DNA of 62,818 bases, the filler included, from Choristocarpus tenellus KU-1152 (lineage: Eukaryota; Protista; Phaeophyceae), in assembly GCA_964200185.2 (NCBI GenBank). It is 8 parts of 8 records of this genome, joined end to end, with 100 filler letters (N's around TTAATTAATTAA, not from the genome) between each part and the next. Parts side by side here need not be neighbours in the genome. Positions count along the whole stretch, not along the records: positions 1 to 18,569 come from CAXNAD020000538.1; positions 18,670 to 22,339 come from CAXNAD020018607.1; positions 22,440 to 29,993 come from CAXNAD020005973.1; 5 more parts are not named here. One strand, given 5' to 3'. The position numbers and the translations under genes were made by a program. Under the pieces are notes generated by a model. The model was not told where the DNA came from and did no database searches. It saw only the letters and a program-made list of their open reading frames with translations. Shown here piece after piece: positions 13,001 through 24,699 of the stretch. How positions within the stretch are numbered: the stretch's first letter is position 1; every line of letters begins with the position of its first letter.

Positions 13001-14965
13001 CATGGGTAAATATGCACTTTCAGCAAGAAAAATAGCAGAATTCCTCTCCTGCGTTGTGCATCACTTACAGGGAGTGGGGGGGGGCACCCTACTGGAGACA
13101 TCTCCTCATCAGTCATGAACGTTCAAAGCACCAGTGGTAGCACCAACACTCTCAGTGAAGTCAAGGTTACTCCAAAAGATTGGAAAGAAGAAGAGCTCCT
13201 ACTGAAGCTCAAGGGTCATGTCAAAGAAGGCCGCCCAAGCCTCCAGGTAGGGGTATCAAGCCTCAACAAACCCATCTAGAGAGTGAATGCAGACAGATGG
13301 CCCGCGGTACTCACACCAGTGCAAGTCATACTGTTTTCACCACGGGAGATATTGCTAATTTTCATTCCTATGTCGGCATGTTTCGGATAACCCCCCTTGC
13401 AACATGGAAGGCACTGTTCAAGACATGCGATCATTCAAATCGTGGCTGCGTGACAGAAGCTCAGTTCTTCTCTCTTCTTGACCAGGTGATTCAGAAGTCC
13501 ATACATTGGTGTGTGAGCTCCTGCTCACAACTAATACTATTCTAATCCCTGGCCTTGATATCAACTCTGACCCCTAACTATAGCTGTTTCCTATTCTGAG
13601 CGAATTTATCGTATAGTTGCCATGTTATCTCTGTATAGCCATTTCGAATATGTTGTCCTGGGGGAGAGAGACAAGGACAGAATACAATATAACAAGTCAA
13701 CACCACAGGTTCGTTGCATATATGGGAGGTTGCCACTGCTGTGCTTCTGCTCTAGTACTGTTTATTACTTAGTGCAAAGACCATTCTATACAACAGATAT
13801 AGTGTGAAATATATCAATCTTCATTCCTGTAACGAGATTCACTATTGTAGAAGGAAATATAAGCAGTACTGCAATGTTCTGCTTAGTCTAAATAAGCTAG
13901 CCAAGTTCATCACCAAGTCTTTTGATTCTTACTCTATTGACTACACCTGACTATTAACTATCGAGCAGCAGGCTCCCAGTGCCTATCTATGGCTCAGCTC
14001 CTTCATCATGTTTGGATAGAATATGGCAACGGAGTATTGCTTCCAAGTGCGTTTGGTACCTAATTTTGGTCAGCCTTCTTTGTGCGACAAAGTATTAATG
14101 CCCAGAATACAAGTTGATACCTGTCTGACATCTCCTTTGTCCCTTTTTTTGTGAATCTTTGTGCCTTCGTTCAATCGGTCATTGTCCAATACTAAGCAAC
14201 CTCTTGGTTTCAATCAAAGACCCTAAACCAGAAGTTAAATGATGAGTCAGCCCCACTCCACTCTACTTGAAGTATGCCAGCCACACTGCTCCACGCTTTA
14301 CATTTTCCATGTCACTTTCTTGATTTATGGAAGCACTCCTCCTACAGAGTATTGCTGTATTCCTCTTGTATGATGAGAACCATGTAGGTGCAGGGGTTTG
14401 TTCTATTTTTGGCAAGCTCCAGCAGTGCACATTGCCTAACTTCAGCATACAGATATGTAGACAAGGTACCCCATCCTCTTCAGAAAAATTGCCCTTGCTT
14501 TATTATCCTCTCCCAAGCACATAGCTAATGTAACCAACTCATTAATTTTAGGAGTACTGCGTCATGATTATTTTACCTGATAAAGGCCCTTGTGAGTGAA
14601 AATGCAGAAAGAGCATGGATTAGTGCGCATACACCTTATTTTAGTAGTACAGGTTCTGTTATAGTTTTTCATCATCACAATTTTTTCTCCAATATCTATA
14701 CATCTATTCACAGTTTGTATGAGATGATACCACAACATACATATATGCTTGTGTGTCTGGCAACAAGGCAGGCCTGTACAGTGTGTTGATGCTAAATACT
14801 AACCTAAGGCCCCTGGTCTCCCTGTTTCTGTTCTAGGGTCTTGGTCGACTTCACCTTAGAGCGGAGGACAGGGAAGTCATGTCATCAATGTTTGTCAACA
14901 ATGAGGAAAACCCCTTCAATGGTGTTGTAAATTATCGAAACTTTGTTGAGGCGGTTGAGAGTTGA
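1042..14965 (+). CDS. Multi-EF-hand-like repeat protein (DFD..G....F.R.L repeats), 13 exons, 5' end unresolved; possibly axonemal (CFAP115/EFCAB6-like)
   Basis: Hand-spliced GT-AG exons: 1042-1197, 2199-2297, 2757-2988, 3439-3526, 4411-4552, 5408-5527, 6468-6680, 8050-8213, 9834-9992, 10323-10483, 13071-13246, 13411-13485, 14837-14965 (TGA). All phases are compatible (1914 nt). Repeats include DFDPLNELVLTSEQFLRVL, DFDRHSHGTCTQAQLSRVM, DYDHFNCGYIPEASLYRAL, EEDRLNIGVVNHSQLRYCL and TCDHSNRGCVTEAQFFSLL, each followed by a second-hand motif (IAYCDFL, IRYQDLI, VNHKAFL, ISWRDFC, VNYRNFV). The family name is inference. Confidence 0.85.
9239..9317. repeat. Perfect 14-bp tandem repeat (TTTCTACTTAGACC) x5.6
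   Basis: Read directly; intronic. Confidence 0.95.
10937..11201 (+). mobile_element. MITE family A (TIR GAGCCAAAGTATCTTAGAGGGTA), TSD ACA
   Basis: ~265 bp, terminal inverted repeats, ACA on both flanks, high identity to 12045-12312 and 18177-18438. Confidence 0.85.
11229..11487 (-). mobile_element. MITE family A, inverted copy, TSD TTA
   Basis: Reverse complement of family A, flanked by TTA...TTA. Confidence 0.85.
12045..12312 (+). mobile_element. MITE family A
   Basis: Same TIRs and body; flanks ATG/ACG (one mismatch). Confidence 0.85.
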
Positions 14966-15072
14966 CAAGAAAATTGTATTGTTTTTGTGGTGCGGTAGTG
15001 AGGCTTGCTGGTCTACTATAACGAGATCTACTTCTTCTGTTTCCAGAATCATCACTCCAGGAAGAAAGATAG

Positions 15073-16341
15073 TCAAACCAACCCGACCCTCTTCTCGACA
15101 ACTTCCTTAAACAGCTATTTGGGAAGAAGAACAGAGAGAGGACAATGCTTTTAACTCTAATGAATTGGATGTGCACTCCTGAAAAGCTGGAAAGAGGGAG
15201 ATTAAATCCATAAACGGGGATAGTTCAGTCAAATATCAACCTGAAAATGTTTAGGTGTTGATTTGGTAGGCATTTATGTTGCACCTTTCACCAAGAGCAG
15301 AATCCTTGTTGTGGATCTCCATGGTGACATTTAATCCAGTACAATTCTTGCCGACATGTCCAACCACCAAAGTTGTGCTTGCCTAGTTCTGATATGTTTT
15401 TTCCACTTTGGGATACTTTCACTCATACCAATATTCGAATGGGTTTATGGCATCATACCTGTTTTGACGACATCGTCTTCTGTCTTCCAGTATACCCACA
15501 GTTAGGGTGTATGTCAAGATTTATTTGCTTTACGGAGGCCTCTTCCTCTATCTGAAATTTCGATAAAGTCAGTCAGCTCACCTCCATAATTCAGTTAGTG
15601 GCATGGAGGGGTCTAGATTATCCAACATGTTCAGGTGTACAGATAAATCCTGTTAATATAAGGTATGATGTTTTTAGCAACAATTGTGGGTATGTTAGCC
15701 CCACACGCAGATGGGAATGGCAAAGACCTGCCCAGGTTGGGAAGGACTTAGTCACTCATCACAAGCTATATCTTTTGCACTCACCCACACGTGTTTGCTC
15801 TAATCCAATATTTTGAAATGTTGAAGCTACTATGATGGCAGACAACCATATATCTTGAGTGCCTATAGCCGAATGATGAAGGTCCCTCTAGTTCGTCGAC
15901 GTAAGCCACAATCATAAAAATATCTTTCATGACCGTTTAGTAATAGTTTTTGTTCTAGTGCTAGTACACATTGTTTTACAGATTTGTTGGTGGTGCAAAG
16001 TTTTCTGACTAATGAAGTATTCCTTGATATAGAGGTAGGGGTTAGATCTACTGGAATAGAAAGGCCGTCCCTCTCTCCCTCTCAAAATGCATCGTGTTGT
16101 ACACATCTTTTAGGCCGGGTGGATAGACCGATACCTTGAATTGAAAATTGCTGCATGCATGTTTCCCACGCGGATACGTACTATATATATATGAGCATGT
16201 GAGATGATCGATGTTGGATTCCTTGTAAAAATGTGCCGTTTTGGGTCCTTTCAATTCCCATCATCTGTCTACCACAGAACTCAGGGGATGAGAGCAAAGT
16301 GAGTACAAGCTGTACAACAGGGAGAACGCCTCGTTGATTGT
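15073..16341 (-). CDS. Possible last two exons of a convergent minus-strand gene
   Basis: 16341-16273 (TINEAFSLLYSLYSLCSHPLSSV) and 15114-15073 (LFKEVVEKRVGLV*). Both have pyrimidine-rich AG acceptors and join in phase 0. No homology recognised. Confidence 0.25.
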
Positions 16342-17101
16342 CTTTGTAAGGAAGGGTGAAGAGCAAACTTCTTGTCCTCTATTGTTTTATTGCTAAAAAC
16401 ATTTTGCTGATGATGCTGTACTAGAGGGAGCAAGAAGAAACATACAGAGTCCAATGATAAAGCCTTTTAATTCGGGCTATCAACAGTTACCAACATACTC
16501 TAGGGTTACAGCTAATCCATTCATTTGGTTATGTTTCATAAAAAGTTCAAACTACTTCACCACAGACCGCAGATTTGTAGTTTTTCACTGTACAATTTTC
16601 AAGGTTAGGGTTGCAGTGTATTTCGTGTGTTGTCCCGTATCAAATTTACTGCTACGAAAAGGGAGTTGACTACATGTTTTTTTCGGATCTATTTCGTCAG
16701 TTTCGTCTTTATATTATTATTCATCGTTTTAACACAAACTAGTATTCTCAATCAGGTGTTGTACTGTATTTCAGAGTAACATTGCTCCATCTCATTTGAC
16801 TGTTCTTTGATCAAGACGTCATATGTTCTCCATCAATCGGGTTGATTAAAATCTTCACAAACTGATTATCCCAGCCTTTTTGATGAATTGGATGGACTAC
16901 GGAGGTGCCTAAACCTAGTCCTAACCCGAAAAGCACAACCTTAGTCTGTCTGATTCATCAAAAAAGCTTCAGTGAAAGTCTTAATCAACTCCAATAAAAA
17001 AGGAGAACATACCAGATTCCCCCTTTTGACCATGGGTTTGGCACCCTCCTAAGACTATTTAAAGCATAGGGTCTTTGTTCACCGTTCTCCACTTAGTTAA
17101 A

Positions 17102-17354
17102 GAGACAATCAATTGAGAGGTAGACAGGTTTGGACCTTCTTACACTCCAAGCCATATTTCTTACTCTGTGCAATACACTCTATTTGCTTCCTTTATGTGC
17201 ACAATAGTGAGAAAAAATGACATTCCCTTTTTCACGCACAAAGTGACACCACTATATTGAGCTAAGGCCCTTTCTTCAAATATACAAAATGACATCTTTG
17301 TGGTCTTTCTCTGAATCCTTAAAATACAACCCCGCCTACTTCTCGGTTTGACTC
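17102..17354 (+). mobile_element. MITE family C (TIR GAGNCAAACCAATTGAGAGGTAGGCAGG), TSD AAA
   Basis: Homologous to 46528-46789 and 47486-47741; AAA on both flanks. Confidence 0.75.
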
Positions 17355-17395
17355 AAAAATACATGTATGGAGTATTTGGTCGTCAGGACGATATA

Positions 17396-18495
17396 CCCCC
17401 TCCGTCCCATAAGTCTGGGCCGTTAAGTTGTAGCTCTTTGGGATGACCTCCGATTACAAAATGAACTTTTGCGTTGGATTCCTTGGAATATTTTACATTA
17501 ATCTACTTAAATTTCAAAGAATTCTACAAAGAACTCTGTTCTGAAATGGTTCCGAAAGAATGGAACACAGAATGGGGCATATTCTTATCATTTTTTAATC
17601 TTCCTGCTGCTGCGTGGAGCCGCACAACACTCTCACAATCTCCATGGCGAGCCCCCACAGCCCTTCGTCCCCAGCACGAAGCCCACCATCTCAGGGAAAG
17701 AAGTGTAAGCTGACTGCCATTGTCAGACTGCACTTGCTCTGCATTACGCATTGAGGGGTATGGGGTCTAAATTGGTGAAAGAGATCGGAGTGGGATAGAG
17801 ACATCCTAGACAGGCGTGTGCGCGTGTCAAAGAACAGTGGGAATACCATCTCCCTGAAATCATAAGCACAATCTGGACAGCTGTTGAATTTTACGTCAAC
17901 GAAACAAGCGTAGATCCGGGAAATCAAAACCAGTAATTGCACGCTGATTATTGACCAGCTTTCTGCCAAGCTTGCTGAAGCGGGTCTCGCAGTTGGCGGC
18001 TCAAAGCTCATAGCTAACTTGAAGCCATGGGGGCAAAGAGGGTGCAGCGGCGCATCACCTGTAGCCTTTCGTTTTCTCACAAGAATAGGGTGTACTTCAT
18101 CCTTGACCAGATCTCCTGCAACCACAAAACCTGCAGGACTGCCCTCAACACCATTCACATCGACAAGGTATGGTTCGAGCCAAAGTATCTTAGAGGGTAG
18201 AGTTGCGTTCATTTGGGGGTCAAAATATAATGTTGCGATTTTGATGTAATTTTGGCTATCGTGTTTGTTAGGAAGTAGTGTCAATATCTATGTTTCAGAC
18301 ACATCTTTTCATAACGTATACATTTTACCTACTCCGAAACATTTTGGAGTAGGAAAATGTCATAAAAAAACCCATGGGAAGCCAAGCCCCAAATGGACAA
18401 ACAGGGCAAAATTCGTACCCTCTAAGATACTTTCACTCACTTGTGGAGGGCACCACTACGATTTGGAAGCGACCTCGACCACGCCTAAGGTATAA
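17396..18495 (+). mobile_element. Decayed Tc1/mariner (plant-type DD39D-like) transposon, interrupted by a MITE
   Basis: TA|CCCCCTCCGTCCCATAA at 17394-17412 matches the Stowaway/mariner TIR type. The frameshifted relic has an HTH-like stretch (LIIDQLSAKLAEAGLAVG), then SHKNRVYFILDQI...TIHIDKVWF, compared with the HIDEKWF first-Asp motif. A MITE sits at 18177-18438. Confidence 0.7.
18177..18438 (+). mobile_element. MITE family A inserted in the mariner relic
   Basis: GAGCCAAAGTATCTTAGAGGGTA ... TACCCTCTAAGATACTTTCACTC; no clear TSD. Confidence 0.85.
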
Positions 18496-18569
18496 GGACA
18501 GGGGGGGAGCCGGTAACGGTTTTGGTATTCTTATAATAATATGTATGGTACACTACAGATTGGATTATG

Positions 18570-18669
18570 NNNNNNNNNNNNNNNNNNNNNNNNNNNNNNN
18601 NNNNNNNNNNNNNTTAATTAATTAANNNNNNNNNNNNNNNNNNNNNNNNNNNNNNNNNNNNNNNNNNNN
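18570..18669. other. Artificial contig linker (also at 22340-22439, 29994-30093, 41735-41834, 49367-49466, 54666-54765, 58911-59010)
   Basis: Identical 100-bp N44-TTAATTAATTAA-N44 spacer with stop codons in all six frames. Confidence 0.98.
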
Positions 18670-18714
18670 TCACAAACCACCCCCCCCCCCAAGATACTTT
18701 GACCCTTGAGGGAA

Positions 18715-19225
18715 TCGAATCTAAGAGTGGGAATATCACCCACATATGGATAGGTCGTGTGCACCCCTTCGAATAAACGCAAGTAACCACATAACATTGA
18801 ATCCAAAAATGTTGATATCATCACCATGGACAGGTGGTGTGTACACGATTGGGACCACAAATAAACACAGGGCATCGAATCCAAAAATGGTGATGTAACC
18901 ACCATGGACAGGTGGTGTGCAGACGGTTGGGACCACAAATAATTACAGGGCTTCGGATCTAATAATGGTGATATGACCACCATGGCGATGTGGTGTGTGG
19001 GACCACAAATAATAACAGGGCATCGAACCTAAGGATGGGGATATCACCATCATGGACAGGTGGTGCGCACACGGTTTGGAGCACAATCAAACACAGGATA
19101 TCGAATCTAAAAACGGTGATATCACCACCGTGGAGAGGTGGTGTGTACACGGTTGGGAGCACAAAGTCACACAGGAAATCGAAACTAGAAATGCTGGAAT
19201 CTCCGCCATACACAGGCGGTGGGTA
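18715..19225. repeat. 78-bp minisatellite, ~6.5 diverged units
   Basis: Units start near 18797, 18875, 18953 (70 bp), 19023, 19101 and 19179. Approximate consensus TCGAATCYAAAAATGGTGATATCACCACCATGGACAGGTGGTGTGTACACGGTTGGGACCACAAATAAACACAGGGCA. Confidence 0.9.
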
Positions 19226-21789
19226 AAGTATCATCTCAGCCACATGACAAAAAATTCTATGTTGACAAACGATAGCCGCAACACCCGCCAAAGTCGCTCT
19301 AAATCGTGACGGCGTGTTTGCGGCGTTGGTCATCTAGAGACGCTCCGGTGTAGGCCGCAGGAAGGGCGAACGTTTCTTGTATGAGGGCTCACCTTTTGGT
19401 TCCCTTTGGAGGCATTGCGGCGTCAGGTGGTTGTATTTCGCCTCGGAGTTGATCGTGGGATTTCTGCATGGAGTGGGCACGTTCGAAACGGGACAGGAGG
19501 AACAAACAGAAAGAGAGAGGAAAAAATTTGCGCATCGGGTCAGGCTCAGAGAGGATGGCATTAGGCGATCGGTTCACACCATCCTCCAGCCGTACGCAAA
19601 CGATCACATTACACGAGGTGGCAGTCATGTCATTTTTTACCTTCCGATACGCCCGGTATTCAGCGTAACGTACGGCGCACAGGGATAGCTACACACGAGC
19701 ACGGTTCCCATGCAAGGGATACACACATACCCTCTCCTGACCAAGAGAGTATGGTCCTGTTATCTATTCTTTTTTCGGTAGTGTAACAACCGAACCATCG
19801 TCCGTACAACAAGAACCGCCTTTATTGAATGTTCTACCCCTGTTATATAATCGTATATATTTTGCTGTTACGAACAGGCCACTTCGGGTGTTCCTTCTTC
19901 TAGGACAAAAAACGGATATTCTTCTAGGATTAAAAACGGATATTTAATGAACGGGATTTTGCACTCTTGACATCATATGTCTCGGAACTTCTCTTCTAAA
20001 CATGTCGATTATGTTGAATGGAACAAAAAAAACTATATACATATATATATATATATGTAACTCTTTACGCGCTAATTCTTCATTAGTGCGAAAGGGTAAA
20101 AACTCAGAGTTGGCATCTTCTTTTGCATAGATTCGCGGTTCTTTACTCTTACATTGGAACAAAAACGTACATTTACACTTCACCTAGTGTTATATTATAT
20201 TGCACAACAAAGAAAACCTTTCGCCAAACTACATATGCGAGAGACCCCGCACTCCCTCACTCTCTCGACAACAAAGCAATGGGTCTGCACAATATTGAGG
20301 AATTCATCGTCGCGGTTGTTCAAGGTGACCACATCTGTCGCACCGCAGATGTACGATGACGACCCACCAGCCACTAGGGGATCTCTCTAACAACGGGACT
20401 GTATTCGTGGACTTCGGAGGGGTAGACACCAGGACATCCCAAAAGCAAGACCACGTCTGGTCGCAGTGAGACACACTCGAATGTGGCCTGTGCGTTCTGT
20501 AATTGCCTCAATGGGGGATTAGCGCTTGAATAATAGGCTTAGCGAAGCATATGGTCACCATACCCTTCCGAAATTACAGATTTGCATCGAAATCCGAGAG
20601 ACATGGTATTCACTACTTCCACCGTAGTTCCGAGCCGGTGATGCACACCTCCTCCCATAAAGAGCAGAGCGAAACCTATCGACGAAGCTCGCGTGCTCTG
20701 ATATCCGCGTTCCGATACCTATCGGAACCAAACGATGTTCCTTACGGTTTCCGTTTCCGATCCCAACCATAGCACCTGTCCCGACCCTAACCCTATGCCC
20801 CAACCCTGACTCTCTCACCCTTACATGTTGATGAAATAATACCGATTCATGTTTCCCCCTTCCTTCATCAACTCGCCTCATGTCACACTTTGTCATACTT
20901 TACCGTTGGTCAAAGCACAGCAAATATTGTGGCTGTCCACATACAAACCTACTTCAAGTCACACAAGTCATGTCATTTTCGCCGAACGTTGTTCCACAAC
21001 AGAGTGTGGCGAAAGTTGCTGCGGTCGACATACCAACCTTTTCGAGCCACACACCCCCAAACCATCGTCCTGGACTCGTCACAAAACTCAATCGCTATCT
21101 CGTCCCCCCCATAGAGCAAGGTGCGCATTCGATGGTATGCGCATGTGGGGCTATGTGTTGACCTACATCACATGTAACGTTCAATATTGATTCCACAAAA
21201 TCCATAGTACACATCAGTTTACAGTTTGTCAGAACAGGTCAATTGTGATACATATGTGAGCTAACGATGTCAGGGGTGACACCCAACATGCACCTGTCAA
21301 GTGCTTTCCAACAGAAATTCGTACCAAAACACACTTTGTACCGTTGGACAAACTACTCCCAGTCGCCTCGTCCTACACATGCTTCATCCTTTTTTTGGTA
21401 ACCTTTTGTATGTGGCTCGCGATTGACCGAATATGCGACGCACACATTTTCAAGAGAATATAATCAGGGCAGTTTCGGTTGTTGATGCGTCAAACACACC
21501 CTTCTCTATGCTTCAAGAGTGGGGTGTCATTCACCACGGCCCTTTTCTGTTGAGTACCTAGACTGACCAAACCTTGTGCGCGAGCACCTTTCCCCGAAGA
21601 AAGATGCAATATTACTGGGATTCGCATGATGAGGATCATCACTAGTGTCAAAGGAAACAAACTCACCCAACTTACATCGTGACCTCCTTTCGATCCCACT
21701 CAGGAGACGGGGACTAAAGAGACTGCCCAAGACCAGCGCCACCCAGTTGTGGAAGAAATCCAAAACGGACCAGATAATTCTTCCTCTCC

Positions 21790-22339
21790 ATGTTTGTCAA
21801 CCACGATGGCTCAGAAGAGATGGAAGGAGGCGGCCGCACTTGGAACGACCTTGCCTCTTGGTTGTTGGATGAGAAGAGCAGATTTGCACCGTTGGCAAGT
21901 GCACTGCGAGTTGTGTTGGGCCGGGAACAACGCGAGTCAACGCCTGATCTCCAGGCTTACACATTCCTCCAATCCGTAAAGAATGATCTTAGCACTGACC
22001 ATACGCGCCAGGTGTACAAATCCGTCCTCGTCAGCATCGCTCCTGATGTCGAAATAGGCGACGACTGGGTGACATCCACGTTTCAACCACTTCTGTTTGT
22101 CACAGAAAAAAAGTACGACATCAGCATCAACACACTAAGATCATCCGCCGAAAAACGCACGGAATTCTTGCGAGACATGCGGCAACAGGCGAGCCCATCC
22201 AAATCGGCTACAGATGACGTTGGGGGCTTCTCTCCCAGCTCAAGCATAAACGTCGCTCACAACTATACTTCAGGCACCGCCCACAGGTATGGAAGTTCGT
22301 TTCCCGCAACCACCAACAGTGTGACACACAAAACTCCCC
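21790..22339 (+). other. Unassigned intronless ORF (183 codons, runs off contig end), possibly from a mobile or viral element
   Basis: Open frame, relatively GC- and CpG-rich; no motif recognised. Confidence 0.35.
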
Positions 22340-23501
22340 NNNNNNNNNNNNNNNNNNNNNNNNNNNNNNNNNNNNNNNNNNNNTTAATTAATTAANNNNN
22401 NNNNNNNNNNNNNNNNNNNNNNNNNNNNNNNNNNNNNNNGCACGTTCATGCAAGAAGGGTGTGGTAGTCATACGCCTATGGGTAATGTAGTATTTCAACA
22501 GCTGTAGCGTCAAAATCCAACCAGCATTATCCATTCTGTGATGTGACTGGTAAGATACGTAAGACTATCTACATGTCCACTGGGTGGTGAGGCATTGGTC
22601 CACCCTTCTCTCAGTAACTCAGTCTAGTGTAGAGACCTAAAGCTGTTCTTAACTGATAGTACTACTCTGGAGTAGTTCTGAAGGGTGATTCAATCTGCAT
22701 CATGGTACACATAGATCGCTCTGTACCACCACCAACCGTTGCACAGTCCAACAAAGCACCATAGCTTCCTGTGAAGTCCTTGAGATTGCACTGATAGCTA
22801 TAGAGCAGGCCATCTCGTTTCAAATAACGTAGATCAGCCACCTTGGGAAGTCCACCTTGGGAAGCATAGCAACAAGGCGCTTTTTCGTACCTTTTTTGTA
22901 TCATCAGTGGACACTACAGAAGACCCCATCATCTTCTCACACTTCCCACTACAGTTAGACCTTTGGTGTATAGTGTTCATCGCCTGCCCTGCAAGTTGAA
23001 TATTAAAACTCAAGGGATGCGAACAACTCAAAAAAGATTATAAGGGGAACAGTAAACCTTTTGCCTCACTCAAATTCCACTGCAGAATGTCGATTGCCTC
23101 AAAATCTTTTTGAAACCTCGTGGTCATACACACCATTGTGCAGAATATAACAATACATACATAAATATATATATATATATATATATATATCTTCAGCAAA
23201 ACATCTTTTTGTTGTTGACATCAATATTGGACCAACTATCTTACAAAAATACCTTGCATTTGATACAAGAGCCCATGTTCAGTTGAGAGCATTTTTGTCA
23301 ACGTGACTTACATTGTGCATGTCGATGTTAGGTTGTACACTATAAATATAATACTTGCAACATCAAACTAAAGCTGTCCATCCGTTTTGCCCGGATTGAC
23401 CACCAGTTTACTGCTATCGACTGCACTTGCTGTTGAACCCTCCCACATTCCTGAGAACAGGTGTCCTACAAACACAAAAGCACACAAAAGCACATACACA
23501 C

Positions 23502-23533
<32 letters not shown>

Positions 23534-24699
23534 CGTGTTGCACTGTGATCTGGGTTAAATACTGCAGCCTTTCAACAAGACACAGCAGAGATTGGCCTGG
23601 AAACTGTAATCTTCACCATACCTTTAAAAACATAGAAACAAGATGAGCTAAGTCATCTTACATTCACAAGAGGAGACATTGCAGCCCTGGCAAGAGCACG
23701 CTACACCAAGACATTTGTCTCTTCACTGCGTTCATCAAATGTCTCCAAGCTAGTGGCATGTATGGTGACAGCAACATACGTGACTGCGTAAGTATCTCAT
23801 ACAAATCTCATCAGACAGAGCACCAATACATGAGAATCACCAAAGTTCAATTTAAAAACAAAATATCCCAAAGCAAGGAAATAGAAAATCACCCACACCC
23901 CCCCCCCAAAAAAAAACTATGCAAGTTCTTCCTCCTGTCAGCAGTCAGCAGCACCAAGGTAGCAATAAATTATGGAAGAGCCACATACAAAACCACTACA
24001 GCTGATACAAAATAGAGCACCGAAACACTATTAAGAAGTGTTGTGGAGGGTACCTTGTTCCATCACCATATGGGAATACAGGTTATCCATCAATCATTCG
24101 TTCCCCGTATCAATCGATGTGTGTTGTAGCAACTGCCAAGTCATGCCCACCCTGGTCCAGTCCAAACTTGTCAAGAAACGCCTCCATAAAATTTAACGAT
24201 TCCTCCTACCTTACGTACAGAAGCCATCTTTGTTTGCCCCTCGTGAGACAGACGCACACGCAATAATAGCATTGTAAACTCGATATCCTCCAGACACACC
24301 AGACACTAGACAAACAAACAAAAAAATGGCCTCAAATTGACAAGTCAATAGGTGCACTCAGCAGCAGTCAATGCCAATGCTGCAATCGAGAAATTTAGCA
24401 TTACTTTGCTCTCTCAAACCCGTCCTTGGCATTACTTTGCTCTCCCCACCACCTATACTCCATATTGGTCAACATGTACACAAAACAAATATACAAGGGG
24501 ACTGCAAAAGACGAGCACGTATACCCCCCTTACGTTACCATCACACTAGTACTGACCTAAACAGAAACAAACGTCCCCCACCTTAAAATGAGCAAATAGC
24601 TAAGTCTCCTGTATGAAAATTCTCTTTCACTGATGGTGTAGAGCACGAAGAGCTCACATTGGGTTTGGTTGGGTCCAGTGAAAGTGCTATTTCTACCAT

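Noticed and set aside
17691-18284. 197-aa minus-strand ORF
   Set aside because: It spans a MITE and the antisense of the mariner relic, so it is a chance frame.
18570-18669. Repeated TTAATTAATTAA palindrome between N runs
   Set aside because: Synthetic six-frame-stop linker; ORFs and gene neighbourhoods crossing it are artefacts.
18715-19225. CRISPR-like array
   Set aside because: Units are similar along their whole length with no unique spacers, there are no cas genes, and the context is eukaryotic.
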